DNA of 64,000 bases. Source: a virus (lineage: Duplodnaviria > Caudoviricetes). The stretch covers positions 128,001 through 192,000 of IMG/VR virus record IMGVR_UViG_3300032328_000860, one strand, 5' to 3'. The position numbers and the translations under genes are program-made. Positions within the stretch are counted from its first letter, which is position 1, and every line of letters starts with the position of its first letter. A model generated the notes under the pieces. That model was not told the origin of the DNA. It searched no databases and saw only the letters and a program-made list of their open reading frames with translations. Positions 9,112-20,175 of the stretch are shown in pieces.

Positions 9112-9193
9112 CGTAAGTAGTTGCCGCATAAGGACTTACGACAAAACGGGCCGGCCAAATTAGTCGTAACTTTAAGTGCCATAAGGGTTTACG
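9112..9193. repeat. 82-bp paired-dyad element, copy 6 (single extra dyad at 9248-9276)
   Basis: CGTAAGT-N15-ACTTACG / CGTAACT-N15-GTTTACG. Confidence 0.88.
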
Positions 9194-9298
9194 TCAAGTT
9201 TCCTATAGACAAAGCGGCCAAACGACGATATACTATGGAGAGGTGGTCGTAAGTGCATGGGAGGTAAGAGTTTAGATAAAAATAGTAATAAATCAATT

Positions 9299-9345
9299 TT
9301 GTCTCTGCTAATCCTGCGGATTTGCTGACGTTGCTGATAGTCAGC
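9299..9345 (+). repeat. 47-bp asymmetric motif, copy 2
   Basis: TTGTCT-CTG-CTAAT-CCTGC-GGATTTG..TG..TAGTCAGC. Confidence 0.85.
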
Positions 9346-10445
9346 CAGCTTTTGGGGGTATATTATATTTATAGGAGATACAAACTATGAATATATTAAA
9401 GCCACCAGCGAATTTCTGTTACTATCTAATAGTTTACTTATGGATACAGATTTTATTATGGTACGGATTTTAATTATGCAGAAAAGAAAAATGAACGATA
9501 TTCTTAGATCGCTTAATTATACCTTGGATTGTTCTAATCAAAGACTCAAATGGTATATGGATACTAATAATGAGAGGTATCTTACTGATTGTGAGATGTA
9601 TTTGAGAGTTGCTAATATTTATATGGCGGAAATTAATAAGGAAAGAAAGCATGAAGATTGTTGTAATATTTGATTTTCCTGAGATTCAGGGTATTGAGGA
9701 TGGGAACCGTGCTATTGATACTCTTAAAAATGATCTAACAATTATGTCTAATACTACTTTATATCAGTGGTATATAGAAAAGGTACTTAGTGATAATAAA
9801 TTCTTAAGTACTGAACCAATTAATCTGTCTGTTAGTTGATATAAATCCTTTATAGTCAAGGGGTTGTGACTAGCCTATCAATACATGTGGTGACATATGA
9901 GGATTGGTCTGTAATACCCTTCATTTACGGTCTGCCGGGCACTATTAAAACTCTTTGTGATCATGGCTATGTGGTCTAAATGGGTTAAAGTAAAAACGTT
10001 TTGAAGACTGATAAGATATTGCAATAGTAATTTGAGGGACATTTACTCAAACTATTATAAAAATTCTCAATAAGCAAAGTACATAGAAATGATATTTGGG
10101 TAAGATTAGATCCAATTAATTATGGCTATTATTCTTCTTTGAACCTGGGTGAAATATTAATTCGTCCCCTAAAAGATTTGCTAAGAAAAATTTAACCATT
10201 GATGCTGCAACTTTGTAGTCAGCTCCTATAGCTTCATTGTATCTAAAAAAACCAACAAGTCAAGGGTTTATGATTATGAAAAATTTCATAAACGTAGAGA
10301 TAGGAATAGCCCTCATCGGAGATGATGAAGAGCCTGTGGTTGATAAGAAGTAATATATATATTATATCCTCACCCGCTGCATAATATATAATGTCTATCT
10401 GGTTGGTTGTCAAGTAGTAAACTTTTTGTAATTACAAGGTAATGA

Positions 10446-10474
10446 CGTAAGCTGTTGATTCTCAAGCACTTGCG
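10446..10474. promoter_or_regulatory. single 29-bp dyad between divergent promoters
   Basis: CGTAAGC-N15-ACTTGCG; contains IHF-like AATCAA-N4-TTA on - strand. Confidence 0.65.
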
Positions 10475-10765
10475 TCAAGTGGGTCTGTGTGGTACAATGA
10501 CTGTGTAGTGGTTAGTCTCACCTTTGGAGTTTTTTATGCTTGGTATTTGTTTGTGCTGTGGTATTTGTGTTGGAATTTTTAACGGATATATGCAAGTCAC
10601 TTACAATTAGGATAGTAATACAAACATCTATTTAACGTGTTTCTGATTCTAACTCAACTACTTTAAGATTCATTATCTAAAGATAAACCAATAATAGTAT
10701 ATAAATACATAAAACACGAACCAATGCTCGTTAATTGTATTTGCTAATAAATAGTAAATAACAAT

Positions 10766-10816
10766 AAGCCCTCTGGCGCCTCTTTACAATGCGTACTTCC
10801 AGAGGGTTTTTTATTT
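10766..10816 (+). terminator. probable terminator
   Basis: AAGCCCTCTGG...CCAGAGGGTTT followed by T-run. Confidence 0.6.
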
Positions 10817-10853
10817 AATAATTATAGGTAGTCTTCCATTATAAGAGACCCAT

Positions 10854-10900
10854 TTGTATTATCTAATATATCGGGTTTGGTGGTAATGGTGATAGTCAGC
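10854..10900 (+). repeat. 47-bp asymmetric motif, copy 3
   Basis: TTGTAT-TAT-CTAAT-ATATC-GGGTTTG..TG..TAGTCAGC. Confidence 0.85.
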
Positions 10901-11074
10901 CAATAATAGGGATCAAGGTAAAAGTTTTATTATGATGTCTATTGCTTTTCAATTCTTCTATTGTAGAATGAACTAGTCAACGAAGCCAATAGTCAAGCAG
11001 ATCGGTAAAACGAATGTGGGGCAGTTGGAATCATGGGCAAAAGTATTTTTAACTTTAAACCATGAGGTGTTCTG

Positions 11075-11374
11075 ATGAAAACTAGATATATTAATGATAA
11101 TAATCGTCAAGATGTTCAAAGAAAATATATTGACCAGATCTTGGGCGAAATGGATTTTATGCAGATTAAGGATGGGCTTAGAAATTATCTAAATCAAGAG
11201 AAAGATAAATCTGGCAATTACTCTTTGGAATCTGAAATTAGAAAAGAGGCTCCTGAAGTTTTAGTAGACAATTGGGAAGACTTTAACCAACCAGCTACTT
11301 TAACAAAAAAGAAAAACAGTTATGGTTCTGAAATAGACTATCCTTCGACACAGGAGGAACTATTCCATGCCTAA
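11075..11374 (+). CDS. hypothetical protein (paralog of 11423..11671)
   Basis: shared INxxNxxxxxxxYxDxILxxMD...EK..Y.N..LE.EI...P.VL pattern. Confidence 0.7.
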   Translation: MKTRYINDNNRQDVQRKYIDQILGEMDFMQIKDGLRNYLNQEKDKSGNYSLESEIRKEAPEVLVDNWEDFNQPATLTKKKNSYGSEIDYPSTQEELFHA

Positions 11375-11422
11375 AGACTTTAACTGCGGTAATGGTAAAC
11401 TCATAAAAAAAGAGGTGCTACT

Positions 11423-11671
11423 ATGAAACATTTTAAGATTAATAGCGAAAATAAAGAATATATAGTTAAGAGATATACTGACTATATATTGTCTCGCATG
11501 GACAACTTAGAAGTATGGGAAGGCTTCAAGGAATATTTCTATAAGGAAAAATTAGCATATCCTAATGAAACTTTGGAGCAAGAAATTAATAGATACTGTC
11601 CTTCAGTACTAGAAGATCATATTGCTGAAGATATAGTAGGGAAAGGGCGAGAATATGCCAAGACTATTTAA
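11423..11671 (+). CDS. hypothetical protein (paralog of 11075..11374)
   Basis: tandem paralog; GAGG RBS. Confidence 0.7.
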   Translation: MKHFKINSENKEYIVKRYTDYILSRMDNLEVWEGFKEYFYKEKLAYPNETLEQEINRYCPSVLEDHIAEDIVGKGREYAKTI

Positions 11672-11943
11672 TAGAATTATAAGTTTTAGAGTAGAGGGTG
11701 AAATTTATGATAACACCACTACTGCAGAACAGATCATAAAGAGTTATGATTGGTCATTTAAACATGACGGGGGTAATTCTATATTCTGTTCTGCTTCCTA
11801 TGATGATAATCGTGGTCGTATAACTAACATGACTAGATTAAATAAAATTCAGAAGTGTAAAAAATCTGACACTGAATATTTTATTGTATAGTTTATCTAC
11901 TTATTAAGATAAGATAAGTTGAGCGGCATAAAAACCCTTCAAC

Positions 11944-11990
11944 TTGTCTTACCTTATATTAACGGTTTGATTTTTTTGATAGTAGTCAGC
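11944..11990 (+). repeat. 47-bp asymmetric motif, copy 4
   Basis: TTGTCT-TAC-CTTAT-ATTAA-CGGTTTG..TG..TAGTCAGC. Confidence 0.8.
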
Positions 11991-12031
11991 TAAAATATTA
12001 TATTAATAGTCTGGCATAATATTGGGTCCTA

Positions 12032-12078
12032 TAGTCTCACCTAATATTCTAGATTTGGTTTTAGTGGTAATAGTCAGT
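12032..12078 (+). repeat. 47-bp asymmetric motif, copy 5
   Basis: TAGTCT-CAC-CTAAT-ATTCT-AGATTTG..TG..TAGTCAGT. Confidence 0.8.
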
Positions 12079-12193
12079 CAAAACTAAATGATCGAATTAA
12101 CAAATTGATTCTTGACCCTATGTACCTCAGGCTTATCATAGACAACCTAACCGTCGCATGGACGCGACATACTTTCCAACAGGAGATATTTTT

Positions 12194-12409
12194 ATGAAGA
12201 AGTTTGCACTTGTGGTAGCCCTAATGGCAATTGGTTCGTCATCATTTGCTGGTGAATGTGTTAGTGGTAATTGTACTCTGCGTAGTCGATTTGTCAATGT
12301 TACTAAGGAAGTAATTTCAGTACCAGTAACAGTAACACGCCGAACAGTTGAAGCTACTCGCAATATTGGTCGCAAAAGTGTGGCCCGCGTTCGTAGCGTT
12401 GTTCGTTGA
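12194..12409 (+). CDS. small secreted protein (signal peptide, CxxGxC, Arg/Val-rich)
   Basis: MKKFALVVALMAIGSSSFA-GECVSGNC; AGGAG RBS. Confidence 0.75.
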   Translation: MKKFALVVALMAIGSSSFAGECVSGNCTLRSRFVNVTKEVISVPVTVTRRTVEATRNIGRKSVARVRSVVR

Positions 12410-12537
12410 ACAATATTATGATTGATAATCTGAAGAGTTAGTATAATTTATCAGATTATAAATTACCAGAGAATTCCCCCAAATAAACTTGGGGGTCTTT
12501 TCTTAAATACATTTATTATTTACTCAAGGAGGAATTT

Positions 12538-12882
12538 ATGAAAAATTTTATGATTGCATTAGTACTTATTTTTGGCACTAGTTTTACCGCAGAGGCGGCT
12601 CGACCAAACTATTATAGTCAGCCAACTAATAGGACATATTCATATACTAGTGCTCAACATCTAGGTAGTGATCAAGATCGTTGCCAGGCCGAAGCAAATT
12701 ATATGGCAGCTAATAATATCTCTGGTCATGTATGGGGAACCATTGGAAATTTTGAAGGCGTGGGATATGGTGGTAGTCCAAATTGTAACACTTGTACTCC
12801 AAGAAGTCAAATGAATTTAACAGGAGATGCGTCAGCACAAGGTAGGAATGGTATGTGGTACAGAGTAAGGAGTTGGAGGTAA
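12538..12882 (+). CDS. secreted Cys-containing protein, Planctomycete-style
   Basis: Sec signal ending AEA; FEGVG..C..GDA.AQGRNGMWYRVRSWR. Confidence 0.7.
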   Translation: MKNFMIALVLIFGTSFTAEAARPNYYSQPTNRTYSYTSAQHLGSDQDRCQAEANYMAANNISGHVWGTIGNFEGVGYGGSPNCNTCTPRSQMNLTGDASAQGRNGMWYRVRSWR

Positions 12883-12972
12883 ATGACGGAAAGTTTAATT
12901 ATTACTATAGTAGTATGGGATCTTATACTGTTAAGCGGAATCATATTATATCTCATCAAAATTAATAATTAG

Positions 12973-13045
12973 GCAAGAGTAGCTCAATTGGCAGAGCGTC
13001 AGGTTTCCAACCTGAATGTTGAGGGTTCGATTCCCTTCTCTTGCT
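12973..13045 (+). tRNA. tRNA-Gly(TCC), second copy
   Basis: GCAAGAG/CTCTTGC; TCAGG-TTTCCAA-CCTGA. Confidence 0.94.
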
Positions 13046-13060
13046 TTTAATAGACGTATT

Positions 13061-13107
13061 TTGTAACAGCTAATATAACGGGTTTGGGTATTATGGGTAC
13101 AGTCAGC
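13061..13107 (+). repeat. 47-bp asymmetric motif, copy 6
   Basis: TTGTAA-CAG-CTAAT-ATAAC-GGGTTTG..TG..CAGTCAGC. Confidence 0.85.
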
Positions 13108-13336
13108 TAAATGTTATTTTATGATTACAATTAAGTTAGATAAAAATTTATCCTGCGAAAAGATATGCGCACAAATTCAGTTACTAATTAATCAGACCCA
13201 AGCTTCTATGAATATGGCTAATAGTTTATTAGTTATAGATATAAAAAATATTATAGATAGTGACACTGTTACTGAAGTGCCTAAGTTAACTTATAACAAT
13301 AGTCCCGATTGACACGGGGCCACTTAACTATTACTA

Positions 13337-13383
13337 TAGTCTTAGCTAAACATTCAACTTTGGAATTTATGGAAACAGTCAGC
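13337..13383 (+). repeat. 47-bp asymmetric motif, copy 7
   Basis: TAGTCT-TAG-CTAAA-CATTC-AACTTTG..TG..CAGTCAGC. Confidence 0.78.
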
Positions 13384-13391
13384 GAGACTTT

Positions 13392-13658
13392 ATGACAAAA
13401 AAGAAAACCAATCAGAAGAAAAGTAAAAAGACAAAGACCAAAAGATCAGGCCAAGATTGTCCAGATGGTGTTTGCCCAATCAAAAAGCCAAAGGCCCAAA
13501 TAAAGTCTAAGGCAAAAAAAGTAAATAGTAAACAGAAAGACATTGTTTCACCCCCTATTGCTGCGCCTATTAGTATTCCTGTTTCGTCTGGTAACGGAAT
13601 TCTGAGTAAATTAAAGAATATATTTTCTAAGTTTAATTTTTATGACAACAATTCTTAG
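13392..13658 (+). CDS. Lys-rich basic hypothetical protein
   Basis: very basic N-terminus, CPDGVCP motif. Confidence 0.55.
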   Translation: MTKKKTNQKKSKKTKTKRSGQDCPDGVCPIKKPKAQIKSKAKKVNSKQKDIVSPPIAAPISIPVSSGNGILSKLKNIFSKFNFYDNNS

Positions 13659-14654
13659 GTATCTAATTTCTTTTGTGACCAGCATCTTGGTTGTAGAAAC
13701 CATGGTATACTTTTTATCTCAATGGTTTATTAATTATGCGTCCAATTTTGACAATAGCCCAGACAATAAATAAACAACCAATCTGTCCTACATTTATTCA
13801 TGATCCCTTAACAAGACTAGCAGCAATAATAATACTACTAGCACTATGCTCAATAGTCCTATACCAAGTTGGGAAATATTTTAATGAGATATGATGACAT
13901 AGGTAATTATGGCCACATTATAATTCCCATCTGCATCATTATTTATATGGTACTATATTCATATTTGAACAAAGAATACGGGGCGATAGATGAGTAGTCC
14001 AGAAATAAAATCATGGCTAATTTTAGCATTCATTTATTTAATATGTATTATATTCACAATCTTTATAGTTAGGGCTGAAAATGAAAAATAAAGAATTTCA
14101 TATTCCTTTTGTCAAGAATCTAGCTTTTATATGCCTGGTAACAATAGTTTCTATGGTTTCTGTACGATTTTTTCTAGTAAACATATTATCCTCCTACCAA
14201 AAATCTCCCATTTATACCTCTCATCAATCACAGAATTCATCAGAATCACCGGAATAATAGCTAATAACATCTATTTACTATTAAAAGTATTCAATTTTTA
14301 CTTATTGAATTTGCCCGTGGTGGAAACGGTTAAAGACCAAGATAGGAAATGACCGATAACTCCTATTGACAAGTCTACTGTCTGGTGGTATACTTTCTAT
14401 TGTTAGTAGTGTGAGTTTTGTTTGTTTTGATCGGGAAAATATGTATAAACAGATTCTTTTGAGTGATAAGGAACTAGAGCTTTTAGCTTCCATAATTCAG
14501 TCTTATATTGATGAAAAAAAGACCAAACCCAACCTTCAAATCAATAATGCTCATATTATTTTAAGACATATATCGGGTAAAAAATCATCAGAAAATTCTA
14601 ATCAAATAGCCTTTTATGGTAAATGAGGACGAAATCCCACAACAATCAAATAAA

Positions 14655-15263
14655 TCAAACGTCTTTTGGGTCTGGCTCCCACAAATCCGATTTTTTGAGA
14701 TTATCAATAGCCCATAAGGGTTGTAAATTGGAATAATGAAAACATTCTTTTGCTTGAGCAGGATCGGAAAGGTCGAATGAAGATATTGGGCGAATATGGT
14801 CAATATGCCAACCGTTTAATGACCAATTTTCCCAAGTCATCCCTTCAATAAATTGTGACTCCAAATGTTTTATTAATTCTTCTTTGGAACATCCGATTAG
14901 TTCCATAGTGGAATTATTTTTATCTAATCCTTGTCTTTTTAACGCTATCCATATTCTAGTTCTCGATATATTTGCTAATTTAATTCCAACATCTTGATTA
15001 TATTTTTTATTTCTTTTTCGTTTTTTGGCTAAGTAATTTTTTCTATTTTTACCATATCTAATAACTCTACTGTATTCACTACGTTTGTCTGGATTCTTCT
15101 CAAAAAATTTTTTTATTCTTTTTTTGTTCTGTTCTTTTCTTTTAGGATTACTCTCTCTGGCTTTCCAGTATAATTTACGATATTGTATTTGACAAGAATC
15201 ACAACGCTTTTTTGGGCCTTTAGCGTCCACCAAATCTTTGTCACAGTCTAAACATTTTTTCAT
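14655..15263 (-). CDS. HNH-type homing endonuclease
   Basis: LIGCS..L..HLE.QF..GM.W.N...WHIDHIRP..CFHYSNLQPLWA..N. Confidence 0.9.
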   Translation of the reverse strand: MKKCLDCDKDLVDAKGPKKRCDSCQIQYRKLYWKARESNPKRKEQNKKRIKKFFEKNPDKRSEYSRVIRYGKNRKNYLAKKRKRNKKYNQDVGIKLANISRTRIWIALKRQGLDKNNSTMELIGCSKEELIKHLESQFIEGMTWENWSLNGWHIDHIRPISSFDLSDPAQAKECFHYSNLQPLWAIDNLKKSDLWEPDPKDV

Positions 15264-15292
15264 GATTTTCTCCTTGACTGCCGATAAGTTCT

Positions 15293-17714
15293 ATGGTAGA
15301 ATACACCGAAACCCACAAAATAAACAGAAACCCACAAATGAACATAGAATCAAATTTCAATAGTTTTGCCATTAAAGTTGCTAACTATATTGACGCTGAA
15401 TATACTGACTCAGAGTTTGAGAAACTTAATGAGGATGAAAAGCAAACCATTTATAATATGATGGTGGCTCAGTACCATTATGATGGTTGTGTTAGTAATG
15501 TGGCTAATGAAATCGTGCATTATCTAAGGTTTAGTCGGTCTTATAATAAGGAGAATATTAATGAGTAATTTGGGTATAGCTGAAAAGAATGGTAAGTTTA
15601 TTGTCGTTGATGTTAACAATGGTCAGCAAGTGCTTCTTCCCAAAAGTAATGGGGCGAATATTGTGACCGAATTTAGCACTAGAGAAGATGCTCAAACTTA
15701 TGCTAGTATTCTGGAGAGATTGTCTAAGAGGAAGAAGTATCAGAATAGTTAGGGTTGGCCGATTTTATTTATAAGTATTTGGAGAAGAATAATGAATATT
15801 AATCTTAAAAAACATGAAGTTGGCCTAATTCTTGACTCTCTGGAAAGTTATCAGTTAGATATTGAGCATGGTGAAAAGAATGGTTGCTCTTATATTTGGA
15901 CAACGGATGAAGTGGAGAATTTGACCGAATATTTGAATGATATTTTGGAGGAAAATAAGTGATTGAATTCAAGATTAAATCTTATAGTGAACACAATTTT
16001 GTTCTTGTGGAAATGTATAATTATCAAACAGGATCTAACATAACATTCTTTCATAACAAGAGTGAAATAAAGGGTTTGGCCGATTTTCTTTATAAGACCA
16101 TTGGAGAATAACTAATGAAGTATATTGAAATTAGTTCTATGAGTGGCTTTTCAATCCTTAAAAAGAAAAATATTATAATGGTATTGTGTCATACTACGAC
16201 TGGATCTAATCAATATCATATTGAGATTCAATTTAAAATAGGCGAACCACTTATTAGATTTTATGAAACAGAAGAAAAGATGATGGAAGAATATCGACAT
16301 ATCCACGATAGTTTATTTAATCACTAGACTTATAGGAGAAAAATAATGAGAGATTGTGTAGTTGATTTAGTTTATTTGTCGCTTATTATTGTTAGTTTTG
16401 TTATTTGTTACCATAGATTGTCCGTTTTATCTCACCGAATTGATATGGTTATTATTGTTCAACAATCTCAAGAAGAATCATTTCGTCGCTCTCTTGAAAG
16501 GGATGCTGATCTACTTTTAAAATTATCCAAGATAGAACAATTATTGGGGGAAAAGAAATGAATCTACTACAACAAGCCACCAAAACTTGGATAGAATCTG
16601 TGCAGAAATATTATGAGAATACTTCTCGTAATGAATTGACCCAAATTTATATGAGAGGCTATTTTAGTGGGTGGAGTGAGCGGGAGATATTGGGATTGGC
16701 CGAAAAACTACTCAAGAATGAACAAGACTATCCTTTGTATAGAGAGAATGAGAATAAATAATGAGATGGATCAGACTCAATTATCATGATGGTGATACTA
16801 GGATACATACGTTTTTTGCATGGTTTCCAGTTAGTATCAAAAAAGATGATATTTGTGAAACAAGATGGTTAACTATGGTAACTGTAGAACAACGCTTGTA
16901 TTGTGGTAGGTACTACAATCATTGGATTAATAGTGAATTTATTGGAGAAAAAAGGACTAACATTACTAAGATGATGAAAGATGTCCAAGACTGTTCTGGA
17001 TTAATTAATGCGGCAACAAAATATATATTTGAGGAAAACGGACATAAATTTTCAAATAATAATAATGAAGCGGGAGATAATTTTGCTTCTTTTCTTGCTG
17101 GTGCTAATTGGGTTTTGAATAAATATCACAAACTAGATATTGCAAAGTCAGTAATGGTTAAAGATACTGAGGCTCTTAGGAATTTGTTGGACTGAAACTG
17201 ATGTGGAGAATTTGGCTAAATATCTGAATGGTATTATGGAGAACAACTAATGGAAAATGGAACAGTTGTAGTATTTGAACCCAAAAATTTTAATCCAGAG
17301 TTTTGGAATAATCTTCCAGAAAAAGATAGGATTAAGTATTATGGGCCTTTGGGTTATGGATCGGACAAGAAGAAGTTTTTTGTATTTTTGACCGAAATTA
17401 AAAATGCTCCCGGCCATTGTGTTCTTGTTGATCTTGATGATGGACATTTAGAGGTTATGCGTCATGTTTCTGATTTTAGAGAAGTTAATGAAGAAGAATT
17501 TTAGGAGAATAAATAATGATTGATCAAATTACAAAAAAAATATCTTGTTACTATTGAGATAAGAGCTAATACTCAGTCTGATATAGATACTATTTGGATG
17601 AATATTGAAAATAATCTTAATGAAGATCGTGCCACTTATGAGGTTAAAATAACTGATCGTAAAGAAATTTATGCTATTGGGGAAAAAAAGAGTGGGTATA
17701 TAGTAGACCGATAG
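15293..17714 (+). other. array of about 10 short hypothetical genes
   Basis: closely packed 50-144 aa ORFs with GGAG RBS downstream of promoter 15274-15302. Confidence 0.7.
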
Positions 17715-17834
17715 TAGGGACTGACGAGAATGGTCAACCAATTATTATAGACAGTTGGGGAAAGAATCATAATCCCTTAAAAGGTTATCAAAATGCTGTT
17801 GATATAACTAGAGCAACTGAACTCCAAAAAGAAA

Positions 17835-18521
17835 ATGACTAAAAATTCAAAATTACTGGACGCAATAATAATAAGCGATACTCATCTAGGAAGTAGTGTT
17901 TGTGAGAGCAAACAATTATATGCTTTTTTAGGACTAATTTATACCAAAACAAATAAGTTGATTATTAATGGGGATTTTTTTGATAATCTAGATTTTCGTA
18001 GACTAAAGAAAAATCACTGGAAGATATTATCTTTACTACGACGCATGAGTAAATATACAGAAATAGTCTGGATAAGAGGAAATCATGATGGAGATGCTGA
18101 AAATATATCTCACCTAATAGGATTAGATTTTCATAATGAATATATCTTTTCTAGCGGGAATAAAAACTTCTTGTGTTTGCATGGAGATCAATTTGATGAT
18201 TTTATATACAAGTATCCTAATACTACAAAAATAGCGGATTTTATGTATAGAACTATTCAGAGATTTGATAAAAGATTTTTACCTAAATTCATTAAACATC
18301 GTTCAAAGACTTATCTAAGATGTAATGATAATATGATGGAAAAATCTCGAAACTATTCAATAGATAAACAAATTGATTGTGTTTGCTTGGGTCATACTCA
18401 TTATCCTCTACTTGACACAAACCATTCCATATGGTATGCTAACAGTGGATGCTGGACAGAAAAGACTTGCACTTATTTAGGAATAAAAGACGGGATTATA
18501 ACTCTAGAACAGTTTATATAA
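17835..18521 (+). CDS. calcineurin-like metallophosphoesterase (LpxH-like)
   Basis: SDTHLG, GDFFD, GNHD, HGD, GHTH motifs. Confidence 0.9.
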   Translation: MTKNSKLLDAIIISDTHLGSSVCESKQLYAFLGLIYTKTNKLIINGDFFDNLDFRRLKKNHWKILSLLRRMSKYTEIVWIRGNHDGDAENISHLIGLDFHNEYIFSSGNKNFLCLHGDQFDDFIYKYPNTTKIADFMYRTIQRFDKRFLPKFIKHRSKTYLRCNDNMMEKSRNYSIDKQIDCVCLGHTHYPLLDTNHSIWYANSGCWTEKTCTYLGIKDGIITLEQFI

Positions 18522-19739
18522 TCTATAGTTTAGACATTGTATTTATTAAAGGACAATAATGAGTAAATATATTCCTAGAGTTAATATTTTTGATGGTGAA
18601 TATTTTGATCTAGCTATAGGGCGTGATCGTTTTGGTGCATATTCTGATAACTTAACCAGATATGAATATGATATGGTATTTAGAACTAACAAGAAACATA
18701 ACGTAATAAATCCACCAACCACAAAAGAAGAATTACTAGCACTAGCGGATTTTATATATGATACTGTTGGAGAATAAATAATGTATACAGTTTGTTGGGA
18801 AGATACTTACGGAGAAAGATTTTGGGAAGTAATTAGCGGCGAAGATGCTATGAATATTAGGGTTAATCAGTTATGTGAATCTGGTATTGTTGAAGAAGAT
18901 ATTATTGTTGGGAAAATTATCTAAAGTGGAGAATACCTAATGACTAACGAACTTAAAGAGACTATACAAACTTTTTTGACCGTTTATGAACAGGCTAATG
19001 AAATACCTATTCTTAGGCCAATGAGTCATAATCAATGTAGTTATCTTTTGAGTATTGCTGTTGATATTTTAACACTCTTGGAGAAAAATAATGAATCTAA
19101 TCAAATGTTTTAGCACTGTTACTGGACATAAAAAGGCTCAAGAAGTTGTGATTGATCTTAATCAAATGAAATCTGTTGAATCTGAGGACTTTTACATTAA
19201 GTATGATCCAGATCAAGACTATTTTAATGATGATAATTATTTGGTGATTGGTAATGTAACCGAAAACGATTGGGTTGAACTTAATCTTGATATGGATTTT
19301 ATGAAAGCAGATATTATCTAAGATGACTAGTGAAATATATCTTGATGATAGTATGGTGCGTATTCAGCACAATCCTAATCTAAAAAATAAACCATTTTTG
19401 GTTGAGATATTCACTTTTGATAATGAGCCTTATCAGATACGTTTTAGTAAAGATGATCTAGAGTTATTGACTGGATTTATAAATAGAACTATAGTGAACA
19501 CTTGACGATAGCCGATAAGTGTGATATACTAGCAAAACACACTATGGTACACTCTACAAAGGACTAATGAGGGTTAATATGAATTATTATATTGAAAAAC
19601 ATGATATGGAAATTATTCTTGATGCTTTAGAATGTCTGAGTGAACATATCAAGACTAATAACAATAGCCCATATCCTTGGACTGTTGAAGATATTGATGG
19701 TCTTTTTCAGAGTTTTGACAACAGTTTTGTGGATGAAAA

Positions 19740-20129
19740 ATGACTGGCTTGAATATACAGATTCCTTGGTCAACTCTTTTAATTGATGAGCTGAAAAGCA
19801 TAGAAACACGATCCTATCATATTCCAATCAAATATGTTGGGTATCCATTATGTCTGATTGAAACTCCGGGTAAGCTTGGCAAATTTAAAGCAAGAATTAT
19901 TGGTACTATTACCTTTAGTGGTAGTTTTAAATATCCAGATAAGACTTCTTGGATTAATGATTTTAATAAACATCTGGTATCACAAAATGATCCTCTTTAT
20001 GGTTGGAATGATAAGCCTAAATATGGTTGGGTAGTTTCCTATGTCGAAAAATTCGAAGAACCTATTTCAGCACCAGAGAAAAGGGGAATAGTTTTTGCCA
20101 AAAACTGTAAAGTGCCGCTTGACAGATGA
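19740..20129 (+). CDS. ASCH-domain protein
   Basis: LNIQIPWSTLL..KSIETRSY; IIGTI; YGWVV. Confidence 0.8.
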   Translation: MTGLNIQIPWSTLLIDELKSIETRSYHIPIKYVGYPLCLIETPGKLGKFKARIIGTITFSGSFKYPDKTSWINDFNKHLVSQNDPLYGWNDKPKYGWVVSYVEKFEEPISAPEKRGIVFAKNCKVPLDR

Positions 20130-20175
20130 CGATAGTATGATATACTGCCATGTACACCCACAAAGGAGAATAAAA

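Noticed and set aside
8047-9129. 360-aa minus-strand ORF
   Set aside because: Antisense shadow of the DUF932 gene, with no recognisable motifs.
10177-10223. Eighth copy of the 47-bp motif
   Set aside because: TAGTCAGC is present but the upstream blocks are out of register.
586-13383. CRISPR array
   Set aside because: The repeats are degenerate and separated by whole genes, not by uniform 30-40-nt spacers; no cas genes are visible.
807-13383. Integron attC sites
   Set aside because: The motifs lack RYYYAAC/GTTRRRY ends and the attC hairpin, and no integrase is in the window.
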